Of a stretch of DNA of 64,000 nt, positions 36,046-50,784 are shown in pieces; position 1 is the first letter of the stretch; every line of letters starts with the position of its first letter. Source of the stretch: Octopus sinensis (lineage: Eukaryota); the NCBI RefSeq assembly GCF_006345805.1, contig NC_043008.1, positions 30,318,001 to 30,382,000 on the forward strand, given 5' to 3'. Both the position numbers and the translations under genes were made by a program. The notes under the pieces are model-generated. The model searched no databases and was not told where the DNA came from. It saw only the letters and a program-made list of their open reading frames with translations.

Positions 36046-38463
36046 CGCGTCTCTTTTATCGTGTTTTACCTAGAAATGGAAACCTTTGCTCAATGTGAGA
36101 CGCAAGCATCTAATACATCTTTGTGTATCTGGGTGTGTGTGTTCGTGTATGTGTGTATGTGAGTGTTTCTGTACACGCGCGTGTGTGTTTGTGTGTTTGT
36201 ATGCGTGTGTTTGTTTGTGTGTGTGTCTGTGTGTGTGTGTGTGTAAATGTATGTCATGCTATTGAATTTATGAAAAGATCCCTACATATATAAGATTTGG
36301 TCCGCTCTTAGTAATGTTATCTAATATAGAATGTACAGATTTGTTGTTGTTTCAACTACTCCTAAGGCTCCAATTACAATGAAATTAATTTCACATCCAT
36401 TCGCCACATAAGTTTCATCTCCATCTTGAATATCCTATATTCCGAGCCAATTCCTGGTCAGAACGAATCGATATGTCGATAAAGAGACATTATTTTCTAC
36501 GTTACTCTTTAATAATAATGTCTGAGAGTTTTTCTTTGATCCTTATAATTGAGCACAGTCATAGTCTAGAAAGCTGTAATTTTGTTGTTTCTATTGATGG
36601 TGTTTGATAAGCTAATATATCATTATACTCTTGACCAGTAAATATATTTTCCCATTGGTCACGAACCATTGAGTTAACAGCTAAGTGTTCAGTCGGTGTA
36701 CTAAAAATAACAGCTAAATATATTTCATATTACAAATAACCCATTAGATCATGCAGTTTAATGTAGATCATGCATTAAGCATTAATCCTGGAATACCATG
36801 AATGGGAATTATAGAATAGGTCTTTATCATCAGGGCTGATGTGGCTCTGTACTGAAATTTTATGGTAAAGTTACACATCTAAGAACCATATAATCAAGTA
36901 CTTATTGGTGCTCAGTATTTATTTTTACCCATTTATTCGGTTATATTGTCAAGTACTGTATATCAGGAAACTCAGATCTTCGCATCGTTTTAAAAGTTAT
37001 GCATATCAGTGTGAATGGCTTCTTATCACTATACTAGTAAAGTTAATTTAGTTGACTGCTTCGTCTAACTTGGACGTGTTAATGAATATATGCGTGGTTA
37101 TGAAGCCCAACAGAAATCGCTGCTGAATACTAGACAAACTAGGACAGGAGGAAGCCTCCACGACGTCCCGTATAACCTGCCAGAGATAACTACCGAACAT
37201 CCCTCAAAACTCACCATACAGAATTAAAAAGTACGGAGTACATTCTATAACGTAAACTCTAAAATATATCGTGTACAAATCGTATAACTGGATAAGGGTG
37301 AAATTTTTTAATCGCATTTCCGCTACAACCGGGTAGATATGAAGCTAAACAACAACTTCAAACCCGTTCCTCCTCGCAGGAATTGACTTAGAAAGGATTT
37401 CTTTTGCCATGTCTCTCCATTGCACGCAATTATGTAATGAAGGTTATACACATCCGTGTTTGCTTTATGTTATAGTCCCTATTGTGATTGCTTAACACAG
37501 AAGACATCATGTCCTGTAGTTTATTGATTGAAATCGATTCAGTCTTGAGGAACATGTTTTGGGTTTTATCAGATATTATCTCACTTCGTTGTACATTATT
37601 CAGAGTACATTTCCAGTAGCATGTGATGTAAGAGAAATTTCGTTCTTCATGATATAATATATTCTTTATATACAGAATAAATGGCTGATGTTGCATTTGA
37701 TATTGCATTTGATGAAAGTACCCGTCAATATAGTTATTTACATTTCATATAGAGAAAATTCCATTTCCCACTATTAAGGTTTCGCTTCATCAATTTTCAG
37801 AATATACCCTAATATACGAGGCTTTGAACTTCATTAAGTTGCCAGCAAATTTTAAGATATTGAATCGTACTTCGTACTGTTATTTCCTAAGTTGGTTTCG
37901 TAAGCTCCTGCTCATAGCCATACTCATTACCATTCGCAAAAATATCATATTCATACCCTAATACCGACCCACATGCAAGTTTGATGAATACGTTGCGATT
38001 AATTTCATTTGAGGGGTTTTCCTTTTTGCATTTATTGACCTGAATTCTTTAGTTAGCTAAGGATGTGGATGTAATGTTTATTAATTGAAATTATTCAGCT
38101 CAGTGTATTATAATGTTCGCCCTTTTTGCAGGACGTTTCCATTTGTGTTGTGACATAGTTGTTATTCTTATATGTAATGTGTTTACGATGCAGTTATGAT
38201 CCGTTTATTCGAAGTTTACTTCATTTGCAATTAATTACAACATAATCGCACTTAATTTATGAGGCTAGCTAGTCTGTTTATGATAATCAGCCTGATTGTT
38301 CCGTTTTGTTCTACACTTAATTCTAATTTAATTTGTCTATGGCAGTCTTATTTTATTTCATACCGTATAGTCCCTGCTTCTCAAGGACGTTTATATGTAC
38401 AAATCGCACGTCTCTATATACATTGTTATCCGCCTGTTCTTCCTTTTCTCCCTATCTATTGTT

Positions 38464-38466
<3 letters not shown>

Positions 38467-38519
<53 letters not shown>
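38467..38519. repeat. (CT)n microsatellite
   Basis: Seen directly. Confidence 0.95.
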
Positions 38520-38524
<5 letters not shown>

Positions 38525-41500
38525 CGCTCTCCCGATTATCCTATTTTTGATTTTAGTAGTCTTGGTACAATTCCCAAACCTTAGTATAGTCTACACATCT
38601 TTGGGGGATAGTTATATACTATTTGACGCACTGTAATATTTATATTTTCCTAGACAAACCCCACACAGACGTAGTTTCAACACAGTACTTACATATTAAG
38701 TAAACACAAATATAAAAGGATAATGGGTCACGCGGTATACTATATGTATCGGGGAATGGGAATATTTTTTTTTTCAGTATTATGTAGTGTAACATGTCTT
38801 ATTTCCCTGTTGGCTGTAAATATTATGGATATGAAATTCCTTCAATTCGTTTCAAAGCATTTTCAATAGTTTTCTATACGTGGTTTCCGCCATCCTTCTT
38901 TTTTTATACAGATTCTTTATTGAGAACATTATACAATATTCTCTTTTGACATCTACAACTTTTACGCTCCTTTGTTTGGAATGGTTTACTTTTGCATCTG
39001 TGAATGCATTGTGCTACAACGTTGCATGTCAATGTTCTTCATAATAGTAGGTTATCTGTTCAAGGATTGGTTCTGTATTAATCTTTAAGGGTCGTCTTAC
39101 ATTCAGAAACTACCGGAAGTTGAATATGCTTGTAAGGACTTTCTGTACAATGTTTCTGACATATTTTACGTGCATTAACAACACCAATTGCTTGGAAGTA
39201 AATGATTTACTTTTAGAGATAAAATACTATCCACTATCAATGAATTTAGACATCATCCTCATCAATTATTTGATATTTCAGGTTTTCTTCGCAATCGATT
39301 TTCGTTCTTTATACTAATAACGCTTCCCCTATTGATTCCTAAATTTTCCTCGATTTCTAGTTATGCTAAAGAACTTTATTTAAAAACAACCTGTTGATTT
39401 GATCTCGTAAAAGAACGTTAAGATTTTTTAGATAAATCAAGATCTTCTAGGTATTTATTTCATGCAGCGCATTATGTGTTCCTTTTAGTACTTGTTTTTA
39501 TCTCTCTTTTATTTCTGTGACTTCTTTCCTGTCTTTGTTTTGTTCTTATAAATATACGCATTATGTGACTATATATGCTCCCAAGTGCGTATATTTCATA
39601 ATACAACAGCAATTAACTAAATATACACGGTTCCAATAGATACAAGATTTTATTGTTTTAAACTAACACTGAGAGGCATGTTACAATTGGCAACAGTTTC
39701 TCAGATCATTTCTTTAAAAGATATTTTTGAGAGAAACCTGCTGGGATGTACTTACTTATTGCCTGTGTTGCAATGAGTTCGCCTTAATCTTTTTTACCAT
39801 TATTTTACGTATTACCTACTCTACTCGTGCATTCTACGCATTATTGTTTCTCTCTAAGGGGAATTGAGATATTGATCATTCTAAAACTTTATTCTACTGT
39901 TATTTGATGCAACCATGAAGTATTTCGATTGAAGATGAGTATACGTAAATTACGTTTCTACTTTAAGTATGAGATCACAGCACCGCATTTATATTGGTTT
40001 CGTCTTTGTGTAACACTTATGCTAAGTATTATATCACTATTTCTGCGTATCTGCTTTATCTTAAAATATACCTCCATATTTTATACATCATACTTTCATC
40101 TCAATGTTATTACCTGTGTTGCGCTACAATTTTACAGTGCAGTGAACTCATAATAATTATATGAAATATACGTTGATATTTTGTAATCTTGAAACAGATG
40201 TTTTCATTCCAAAGCTACTCACACGAGTTTTGGAACTCCAAATATACACTTGGTATTTACGTTCACCTAATCTATTGATTCTTTTACATGTATAACATTG
40301 CACATTTGCTTTAAAATCAGAATAAGCTTATTGCCGACATTTTGGGATCAAACGGACATGTGCATTGTTCATCTGCTTTTATTTCTTCTATAGTGTAGGT
40401 AAGGTTTACATCATTCCTGCATCATGTCACCCAAAGAGAATGAATAAACAGAAAAGTGTTAGAGCCACTTACATTAGAAAATGTTCCAAGGAAGGGTAAT
40501 ATGTCCATGTAATGGGTACACAAATCCATATAGCTATGGAGATCAATGTTAATTGGACAGATCTTGTCCAGGGGAACCTCCAGAAAGGAATGGTCTCTTA
40601 AGAAGTACCAGATGTTATTTTATGCGGAGGAATTATCAAGATATGAAGAAGATTTGAATGCTTAAACTGGAAACTAAAATGTCTTGTTATTAGCAGCTTT
40701 CGTTGAAATACATTTAAAACATGCAGAAACTACACATTTGTAACTCACGAGAACACAATAAATGTAAAGCAGACTCACCTACCAATAATAGACAGTACAT
40801 ATGATGTAGAAACATTACAAAAGATGTTTTTTAAAGCTAACTCTTTACGTATCAAAGGGACAAGAAAAAAATAATAACAATACTACTAGCAATTTCTGGT
40901 ATAAACGCATGTCCACAGGTATGTCGTCTGGTAATTTTCTTAATCTAATCCAGAAAGATGAAAGTCCAGATCAAATAGTGGGGAACCCCATCCTGAAAGT
41001 GAAGTTACTCACCACTCTGTCGATTCACTTTATTTAACGTATGACTCATACGACTACATCTGGAAACAAACTAATACAAATAATTCTAAGAATTTAATGA
41101 ATACAGTACGGAGCGCTCACGCATATTTATACAGCTACACCTTATTTTGCAGTATAATTTTCTTTTTGATCGAAATTCTCAGAAAATTTACAATGTTTAA
41201 TTCATTTCCGGATATTGCTATGTGATCATCTATCATTGGTTTATTTCTTTTAATGTAAATGTTATCTCTTTTATATATTAATATATATTAATGTCACTCA
41301 ACTCTATCATATTACGTTATCATTATTATTATGATTTGTATGTGTGTGTGTTTACTTACTGTATACATACAGACAACTAGTGACATCTAGACAGACAATG
41401 TTGAGCAGAGGAAGAGAACCATATGACTAACGAGCATGTTGGGAGGTGGTATGCGGTGGCTTAATTCAGACGAAAAAGCGTTGCGGTATTATAGAAGTAA

Positions 41501-42753
41501 CACAAAAATAAATTAGTATGCCTTTGTGGTAGAGGCTCAAGAGTGTTACTGAGCAAATATTTGCAAACCGTGTTTAGTTTTTTCACATGTTTTTCCTAAG
41601 CGTGCTAGTAGCAATGGCGTTCATTTTGTTTCATGTTGATAATTTTTCCCAAACATAACAAGTTGGAACAGCAAATGTTTGGTATCCGTTCATCTGGTGA
41701 AGTTGTGTTTGCTATTTATTTCATCAAATGTTGCTTTTCTTTGTAATGTGGAATGCTAGGGAGAGAATTCACAATCATTGTTTATATTGTAGTAATTTTT
41801 GTTGGATATCGCTTCGTTAGTTTTACTTCATACTGAATTTTACATGCTTGATTATTCATACGTTTTGCAAATGCACATCACACTTTCATCTTCTGTCAAA
41901 TCATACTTCCGGAAATATTTAAGTTCTTTGCCACAGTTTAGAGGATTGAAATTTTCTGATTTTTAATATAGTCTAAGAGTGTTTGAGTGTGAAGAGTTGT
42001 GTGTTCTATTTAAATCTTTAGTCGCTTGTCGGTGCAGATATCAGTCAAACGTAAATCGGCATATATTTAATACAACAAATTATAAAAATCAATTTAGTTA
42101 TTTCAAAGCATGTTTTCTCAAAATTCAGTATTCGTAAGATTTTCGTTTTTAATGTGTTGTTTAGGTAGAGTAAATAGAAATTTTAAGTAACTTTTTTCCT
42201 TATTGGTATGCATACACAGCTCTTTCTTCTTTGAAATTTCTTTCAAATTGAAGGCTCAATAGGTATATTTCTTCTTCAATTTTTATTCATCCGGAACTTT
42301 TATTTTGTGTGTTGCTTTTGTACCATAGTTATTTCTACTCCAAATATTATCATTATTATGGAGATGAGGAGAGAAGGTTCTTACTTTTGAAGTGACCAGA
42401 GTAGACTTGTATCAGTGGGGTTCCTTGACTGACCGTAGTTAGACTTCCTCCTGTATGAAGAGGATTGCATCTTGTATGCTATCACATATCTTATATACTG
42501 CCTACACTTTTATCGCAATTCATTGCTTTTTTCATTCCTTTCTCTCATCTTTTATGCAAATCCCACATAAACTGTTGTCTGCCCTTGTGATGTATCTCTC
42601 ATCTATGCCCAAGTTGCAAATAAAAGAAATTATCTTAATTATTATGGTTATTTCATTTATGAACAACAGATTATATTGTTGGTAAAGATTCCGAACATCG
42701 GGCCACAACAAGTAACGTTAAATGCCAAAAACATTCCTAAGTATCCTAACAAG

Positions 42754-42962
42754 TGGAGGCGCATGGCGTAGTGATTATAGTATTGGGCTCATGACCGTAA
42801 GGTTGTGGTTTCGATTGCTGAAACGGGCGACGCGTTGTGTTCTTGAGCAAAACCCTTCATTTCTCGTTGCTCCGGTCCACCCAGCGGTCAAAAATGAGTA
42901 ATCCTGCGACGGAGTGGCGTCCCCACCCCAGGTGGGGGATTTATCTGTCCTGGAAACCGGGA
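42754..42962 (+). mobile_element. tRNA-derived SINE family 3
   Basis: TGGAGGCGCATGGCGTAGTGATTA (A-box-like), GGTTTCGATTGC (B-box-like), then GTGTTCTTGAGCAAAACCCTTCATTTC...GGTCCACCCAGCGG conserved-core-like segment. Confidence 0.75.
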
Positions 42963-43387
42963 ATGAGTCAACATGATACCGAGAAGGTAAATTTGCCTTC
43001 ACATCAAGTATCCTAGCTGTACCTAATAATATTGTTTTCTGGAGCTGCCCTTTCTAGCATTTTTACTAGATTCATCTTCATACCACGTATCATAACATTT
43101 TTTTCTTTGTTACTACATCTTGTCTATTACTCTGATTAACCCAATAACTTTTGATACTAAAAAAAGCCTTTCATTGCCTTCCAGACTGCTGAGTGATATA
43201 GCTTTTGTGCGTTGCGTCTTTTTGTTTATTAGCATAGATGGACTGCCCGTTACAGAAGAATGAATATATGTATTATAATCCTATCTTAATATTTTTTATA
43301 GTATCTTTTATCACATCCTTATTGTCCAGCCTCTTTTAAGCGATGTAACCGCCCCATTTATGTAAAAATATTGTCATTGATATTGCC

Positions 43388-43441
43388 ATAATTGCATGAT
43401 AAAAGAAATTATTATTATTGTTGTTGTTGTTGTTGTTGTTG

Positions 43442-43489
<48 letters not shown>
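43388..43489. repeat. (TTG)n/(TTA)n microsatellite at the 3' end of the R4/Dong element
   Basis: Seen directly. Confidence 0.95.
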
Positions 43490-46400
43490 CTTCGTAACAC
43501 AGTGTAGGTAAAATGCACCGGAATTTTTAGTCATCTGTCAAGTCACAAGGACTTCAGACATAAAATAGTTACCTTAAGATGCGCGCCGGGCCCAATAAGG
43601 CTGTTTTTAGCAAGACATCAATTTTGCAGGGGATGTCCAGTTGCCTTAAGAAGCCTTGAAGTTTCCATAGGATTGAGCCTATCGCTCCAGTCACCACTGG
43701 TATCACTTTTACATTAACCTCTCGCAACCCATACAGTCTAGCCATTTCCACTTTTAATTCAGAGTACGTGATGAGATTTTCAAACTCTTTAATCATAATA
43801 TATATGTCATTTGGTATGGCTACATCAAGGATCTTACAGTATTTGACTCTTTTACTCAATAGAACAATATCCGGCCGACAATGTTCGATAACACGATCCG
43901 CCTGAAAATCATAGTCCCAGAGTATCGTTACTTTTCCATCCTCCTGCATAACTTTATTTGGTACATGCTCATACCAGTTCTGTTACTTCATATTAGTATT
44001 TATGGCATAAGAGCCGATGAAGATACACAAAATATTTATCATAGCAGCGCTTGTATTCTTTATGTGCAACGCTCTCACATCTACTTATCCAGTGGGTCAC
44101 ATTTTTCCACGCTCTTTCCACAGAGTTTGCATTTCTGGGTGTCAGAAGTTTTATAGATGTTATACTTCACTGAATTGGTAGCGAGAGCCTAGCCGTATGC
44201 AGCAATGATCAGACTTTCGGTGATACGCTTCAAATCCCCTCGCTCAAGCGATGTCCACGATGTTGTATTATCCTTAAGGTCCCGTGTATTCCTTTCAAAC
44301 TGTCCATGCATTCTCTTTCAAGAAGGTCTTCTCTTCTCCTGAGCTCTTAGCGCAAACTCTTCCTGCCCATCATTTTATCTGAATTTACACCCATATTTTT
44401 CGCAGCATATTGTAGCAGGTCTTCATCACTATTTATCAAATACTTGGCAAGCGTTCTTTTTACACACCTTATACAATGCTCTATACTAATTAGTCCTCTG
44501 CTAACATTCTTTCTTTTCCTATACAGTCTGTTTACGTTTGCTTTATTGTGTTGCGCCCCATGCAGTGCCATCATCTTTTTCTTGCATCTATCTGTTGATA
44601 TTTCCTCCTTAGTTTATTTGAGGATGGACGTACTATATTTGACCATTACAAATGCCCAGATATTCATTCTGGTAATCAAATTTTTGGCATTCAGGTTGGA
44701 TTTCAACACCATCTTCAGCCTTTTCTGATACGCCTCTCTCACCTTCTCTTTCATTTTTCCGTGTAGAATGTCATCCAGCTCCAAAATCCCTAAATATCTA
44801 TAACCACTACCGTCGGGTTCACTCATGATCTCTCCTGATGGTAATCGCAATCCTCTACAGGCTGCTTTCTTTCCTCTTTTCATATTAAGTACTGAGCATT
44901 TGGTAAGCCCAAATCCCATACTGATGTCCCTACCGCACATTATGGACTGTTTTAGTTAAGGAATCTATCTGTTTTTTTTTTAATTTCCCAAACAATTTCA
45001 GGTCATCCATAAACAGAAGATGGCTCAGTGATGGACTTTTCTTCCCACATCGGTAACCCATCTTAACTTTCCTAAGTGTCATTTTTATGGGTATTAGTGC
45101 AATTACAAATAGTAACTTATCCAAGGAATACATTACTTGAGTACAATTTGGCTTTCCACTCATTCATACTATGCATCAGAAAATTTGTGATGGTGTCAGC
45201 AACACCAAATATCTGTAGGCATTCAACGTTCCAAAAATGTAGCATCATATCATTTGTCTTTTTAAAGCCAATCCAAGCAATAGATGTTTGTATGATGTTT
45301 TTTAGAATGCCTCAAAACTGTGTTATCGATGACCAGTTGATCCTTGGTGACCTGAGTACTCTTCCTACATCCTTTTTGTTCCCTTGGTAGTATTTCTTCC
45401 TGTCCCAGATAAGTACATGTCTTTACTGCACATATTCTGGTGAGTATCTTCCAGATTATGTTTAGGCATGCTATGGGACGGTAGTTTCCCACAATATTCC
45501 ACTTTCATCTATCTTTCATAATAAGTATTTTCCTCCCAGCCACCAGCCACTCAGGGACTGTAACTTTCTGGACACACTCATTTAATTGGGCTGCTAGTCT
45601 TTCATGCACCGCGTAAAATCTCTTCAGTCAAAAGCCATGAATCCCATCTGGTCCGGGGGCTTTCCAGCTTGGCTCTTTAACTACTTCTTTCACGTCACCT
45701 GTGCTTATGACAATATTCCTTTGTTTTTTCCTCCTTGTAATTCTGTCGTGATAGATTCTATCCACATTGCATCCCTTTTATGCACTTCATTGTTTCCCCA
45801 TGACTCGCTCCAGATCTCCTTGGCTTGATTTGCATCAGGAACAACATTTTTTCCCTTTGTTTCCTTCTAGTTCGGAAGAATTATTTCGGGTTATTTTTGA
45901 AGAATCTGTTTTCCTCGGACTGCTTATTTCTGTTCACAAATCTTCTGATCTTCTGACTTTTTGCCATGATCATTTGTTTTAACTGCTCTATTACTGCATT
46001 AAACCCGTTCTTCCGTATTTTATATTTCTTGGTCGGTCTTTTTCCCATTTTTTCAGTTTCCTCTTAACCATTGCTCAATTTTACCTAAATCTTGCCTTGC
46101 CCGCATTACGTCCCTTTCAATGTGTTGTTCCCACCATGGTTCTTTCGCTCCACCATTTTTTGTTTTCTTAAGTTGTAATTTCTCTTCAGCAAGTAGTGCA
46201 AGTAGTGTTAAATCCTCTGTCTGCATGTATTGTATAACAGTATTTATCGTTTGTGTTACTTTATTTATCATAATCCTATCTACCCTTCTCATATTCATGG
46301 GATTTTTTTCTTCTGGAGCATTCATCAATTCGGTGAGTCGTCTTTGAATTTCAAGCAATTAATTATCTAGTTGGTTCATTTCCCCTGCATGTCACCCACC

Positions 46401-47000
46401 ACAGTATCAGGGTTCACTGTATAACGTTCCTGTTCCTCATCCTTAACAGCCCCATTACCATTTCCCTGTTCCTCCTTTCTAAACTTCTCTCTGCTTTTAA
46501 CTCCTACCTCTCTGTTTTCAACTCCGACCATTCTTTGTAGCTCATCCGTAGGGTCTCTCAGACTCTCACTAATCCGAGATATTTCTACTCCATTTAAAAT
46601 AACCCTCTGCCTAACCATTCTCAGTTGGGTCATCAGTTTATTTTCTGACTTTGGAAAAATCTCCTTTTTCCATCCAAAATTTCAAGGTACGTCGGACTAC
46701 TCAGCGACTTCTTTCCAGCTTTGTTCTTTCATGACATTCAATAAGTGTATTGTGCTCTTCCTTCGTCTACTTACGTCTGTTTTTGCGCACACCATGTATG
46801 TGATCAGTTGTGACATAACGACCTTCCGAGGCCAGATCAGTGCCACTGATGCGGGCGGTTTCGGACGTGCCGGGCGAGAAACCTTCACCATGATCGACTA
46901 TAGCTTCATTCTCACCGTTAATTCTTTCGTTGTTATGTTGCATCATGATTTAATGAGTCGTTCATGGGGTTCCCACGAGAGCTGTTATTGAGATCCCATC
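43490..47000 (-). mobile_element. Near full-length but inactivated R4/Dong-clade non-LTR retrotransposon (N-terminal region, RT, CCHC, restriction-like endonuclease), about 3.5 kb
   Basis: ORF pieces: GNYRPIACLNIIWKIL..EQKGCRK..KDQLVID; SLSHLLFMDDLKLF; DISMGFGLTKC...YRYLGILE; RLYRKRKNVSRGLISIE; CKLCGKSVENVTHWISRC; ILWDYDFQADRVIEHCRPDIVLL...ILDVAIP...IPVVTGAIG...KTALLGPARILR. Multiple frameshifts and stops. Confidence 0.95.
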
Positions 47001-47071
47001 TCTCTCTGCCTCTCTTTACTTGTATATACACGTGCACTTGTATACACACACACACACACAATTACACACAA

Positions 47072-47103
<32 letters not shown>

Positions 47104-47184
47104 GTATATATTTATATACATATAAATAACGTGCTTTCATGGTGTCGCCTCCATAACCACAGTGATTATCATTACCACCATCGA

Positions 47185-47355
47185 TCTACCTATAGCATTT
47201 AAACTATCAATAATGATATGGATCTCGGTACATTGCAGCAGTTCTTCGTCACTATTTATCAAATACTCGGCAAGCGTTCTCCTTTCACTCCTTATACAAT
47301 GGTCTATACTAATTAATCCTCAGCCATCATTCTTTCTTTTCATATACAGTCTGTC
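47185..47355 (-). mobile_element. Short diverged duplicate of the R4/Dong RT C-terminal segment
   Basis: CACTATTTATCAAATACTCGGCAAGCGTTCTCC...TTATACAATGGTCTATACTAATT...TATACAGTCTGT aligns with 44425-44540. Confidence 0.8.
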
Positions 47356-47534
47356 TGCGTTCGCAGTTACCATTTAATACTATATTTTGCGCTCCGAGCG
47401 TGAATGGTAGTCGAAGGATCATTCACAATTAATTTTTAGTTCCCTTACTGGTTATTTCAAGTGCTTCCACAATCACTGATATTGTAACTGTCTTGAAATG
47501 CTATCTTTGCTCCAACCACTATTGTCATCTGCCT

Positions 47535-47541
47535 ACCGTTG

Positions 47542-47631
<90 letters not shown>

Positions 47632-47790
47632 GTTTTGTTATTACTATCATTATTATTATTATTATTATTTTTTATTATTATTATTATTATTACGAGTATC
47701 ATCATGTTTGTTATTATTATCATTATTTCCATCTGCATCCTCATCTCTTTCTTTATTAGTAGTATTATTATTATCATTATTATTATTGTC
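47535..47790. repeat. (TTA)n-rich compound microsatellite
   Basis: Seen directly. Confidence 0.95.
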
Positions 47791-48199
47791 TGATTCCAGC
47801 GATAACTTTTGGTTATGCAGCTTTTTTATTATTAATCTTGTATTAAATGTGTCTGTATGTAGCCTAGTCTTAAACATTAAGCAGAGTTTATAACACTGAT
47901 ATCATTGAAATCATAAAAAAAGACACAACGAATAACTTTTATGAAGTTAGATTAGTTATTCACATTGAAATCGGTGCGTCTTTTCTATGATAAAGCATTT
48001 GCGTGTTTCAAAGTGTCTGTTATGTTCAATTCTTCCTTTAACTTCTGATACGTTATTTTCTAATTGATGGTGAAAGCAGTAAACTTTCAATAGTTTAAGT
48101 ATACAGAGATGTAGATAACTACAAAGTGTTTCCACAGAGCCAAAACTTACTTACATCTCAAAGCCATTCATTGTTTTGCAGCCTTAACATATTGTGACA

Positions 48200-48248
<49 letters not shown>

Positions 48249-48284
48249 GTTTCTATCACCGCTTTCATAAGTTCAGAGTAATCA

Positions 48285-49225
48285 TCAACTTTTAAAATGT
48301 GTTGACTGACAGTTGAGTTGGGTGGTTGACAACTATGGTAAAATGACTTACTTCTTCCTTTTTATACCTTTTAGAAGGCTCGGACAAGCTGGAGTCTTCG
48401 AAAGTATTAAAAGCAAATATCCACAAGAACAAACAGCATAAAACTTTCGCTGTATCCAAATGTAATAATAACAGATATGGAACGTGTCTATACATACAAA
48501 CTGGTAGATACATTAGAACAAAGAATGAACAGATTTTCACAATTGCAAATATGAATTGTAAAAGCAGAAATTTGACCTACTGCATTATATGACTTAATTG
48601 CGAAGATCTATACATTGGCGAGACAGGGGGTACATTATAGGAATGCTCTTGAGTCCACAGACAACAAAACTGGAACACAAATGTTTACCAAATTGCATTG
48701 AGCGAACGTAGAGGAACATGTGGTCGGAAATGGTTTCTAATTTTCCTTTCCAAAAACTACAAGACACAAGTGAGGTTGGAAGGAAGATAAAAGAAAAACG
48801 CTTCATTAAAATGTCCAAACCTGTTCTGAGCGGAAATAACAACAATAATATAACAAGCAGGTAATGATGTGGATGAAAAGAATATCTTTAACATATGAAT
48901 ATAAACAAATTACAGAAGACTCCCGCTGATTCAAATAACAACAATCGAAACCAACTAAGTTTGCTTATTCATAAAACCATTACATGTAAACCGCAAGTAA
49001 TTGGTTACAATGAGAGCCGGATCTATTCCAGTGATATCAGTAAAACGTGTATCAGTAAAACGTGTATTTTAAGCTGCATGCTGATTGGTGAAAATCATAT
49101 TCGGAAAATTCAGATTGTCGGAGCCTTCTAAAAGGTATAAAAAGGAAGAAGTCAGTCATTTTACTACAGATCTGCAGCACTCAACGCAACTGTCAATCAA
49201 TACAATTTGAAATTTGAATGTTACT
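48285..49225 (+). mobile_element. Penelope-like remnant: GIY-YIG C-terminus flanked by ~130-bp inverted repeats
   Basis: About 48490-48830 (+, frameshifted) reads FTIANMNCKSRNLTYCII*LNCEDLYIGETG...HRQQ...FIKMSKPVL. 48285-48410 is the reverse complement of 49100-49225 (shared core GTAAAATGACT.ACTTCTTCCTTTTTATACCTTTTAGAAGGCTC). Confidence 0.75.
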
Positions 49226-50735
49226 ACGAACGTAGGAAGGTGCTAATTAAACTTTTTGAACATTACAAACTATTTTTCACAATGATTAATATACGTCAAC
49301 ATTGTAATCTTGTTTTCATACAATAATGAAAACAACGTGAAAACCAGACCATGTTGTACCTATATTCTACTGATATATCATTCAATATAGGTTTACAGAA
49401 ATTAAGGAAGAAAAAATATAAATGTATATTCTCAGAACTTAGAACTGTAACAATAGTTGCGATAACTAAAATTAATAACTGTATCGAGTCCATCGTCCAT
49501 ATTTTCTTGTATATCTATCATTTTATTAATATGACTGCCAATCGTCAATTAATTTTTTCGGTTGACTTGACTTAAATTATTCTTCAGAAACACTAACCTA
49601 AGAGCAAGTTTTAAAATGAGCGTCGTAATGTTATTGTGTGTCATCTCTACTATCTTCTATATGTATTGATTTATGAATCCTTGTTGTAGAAACTAGTGGT
49701 AATGAACTGAGTCACAGGAGTCTGTGTCGACATGTAAATCGATGTCTCACTGGATCAATGTCGCATATAACATCGGATACAATGCCAATGTGGTCAGTAT
49801 CATTCTAAAAGAAGAAAGCGACTGTGCCAAGAGCAAACATTAACCCGAAAATTGTGTGTAGCTAATATTACAGCTCGGCAGTTAGAGAATAAAATGTATT
49901 CTAAGACGCTAGACAAAGAAGCCGTTTAAATTGCTTGGCATCTAACTTGTTTGGAACAATTTTCCCAATCTTTAGGAATCCTTACACTTCGTTGGAAATT
50001 TCATCTCTACTGTGCCATACATTTTCATCCGCACCTCGTATGTGTTGCTGACCTAGGATTGGTTTAAGACACTTTCCTTTTTGATAGTGTCGCTTAAGCT
50101 CTCTGTTAAAATTCGATTTCTAATTGGTATCCAACTTCGTAAGAGTTGACAATGCTTTAGGAATGCAACATTTAATGTCCTCCTCACTTGTATCAACCCA
50201 CGAACAAATATATATAAAAATCATTTACTATTACCAAATAGTATCCATACATTGTTAAAATTTCAAAATGTGCCAAAATGTGAAACACCAATATATGCAT
50301 CATGTTAGATTTTTAGCAGATCTGAATGAGGAAACTATAAAAATACTTGAGCAAAATCCAGTTATCATTAATGTCCTCTAAAAGGTAAAATACTGGAGTG
50401 TTTTTAGAGTTGGAAACATAGATATTTAGTTTTAATGTTTAGGGAAAGGTGGGGGAGGGAAAGGTGATGGACATGGATTGTAGTTCAGAACGAAATCTGT
50501 TGAGAGACAACATACGTTATCGAAGAAGGAAAACTAAATATTTATAAGGGCCAATTCACAGTTAGAAAATTGAAATTATCAGACTGAGACGACTTTTTGT
50601 AAGATACGGTATACCAAAAAAAAAAAAGAAAGAATTAGATTAAGAGATAGATAGCTGTACATAGAAATGTAGCAGCATTTATGGATATATACATATGTAC
50701 ATACGTACACGCAAATATTATACACACACACACAC

Positions 50736-50784
<49 letters not shown>

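Noticed and set aside
38259-38636. 125-aa ORF with hydrophobic N-terminus
   Set aside because: It runs through a (CT)n tract, its composition reflects T-rich DNA, and it has no recognisable domain.
41550-42000. Possible LINE RT remnant on the minus strand (SPDERIP-like)
   Set aside because: Only one or two weak motifs; not distinguishable from chance by eye.
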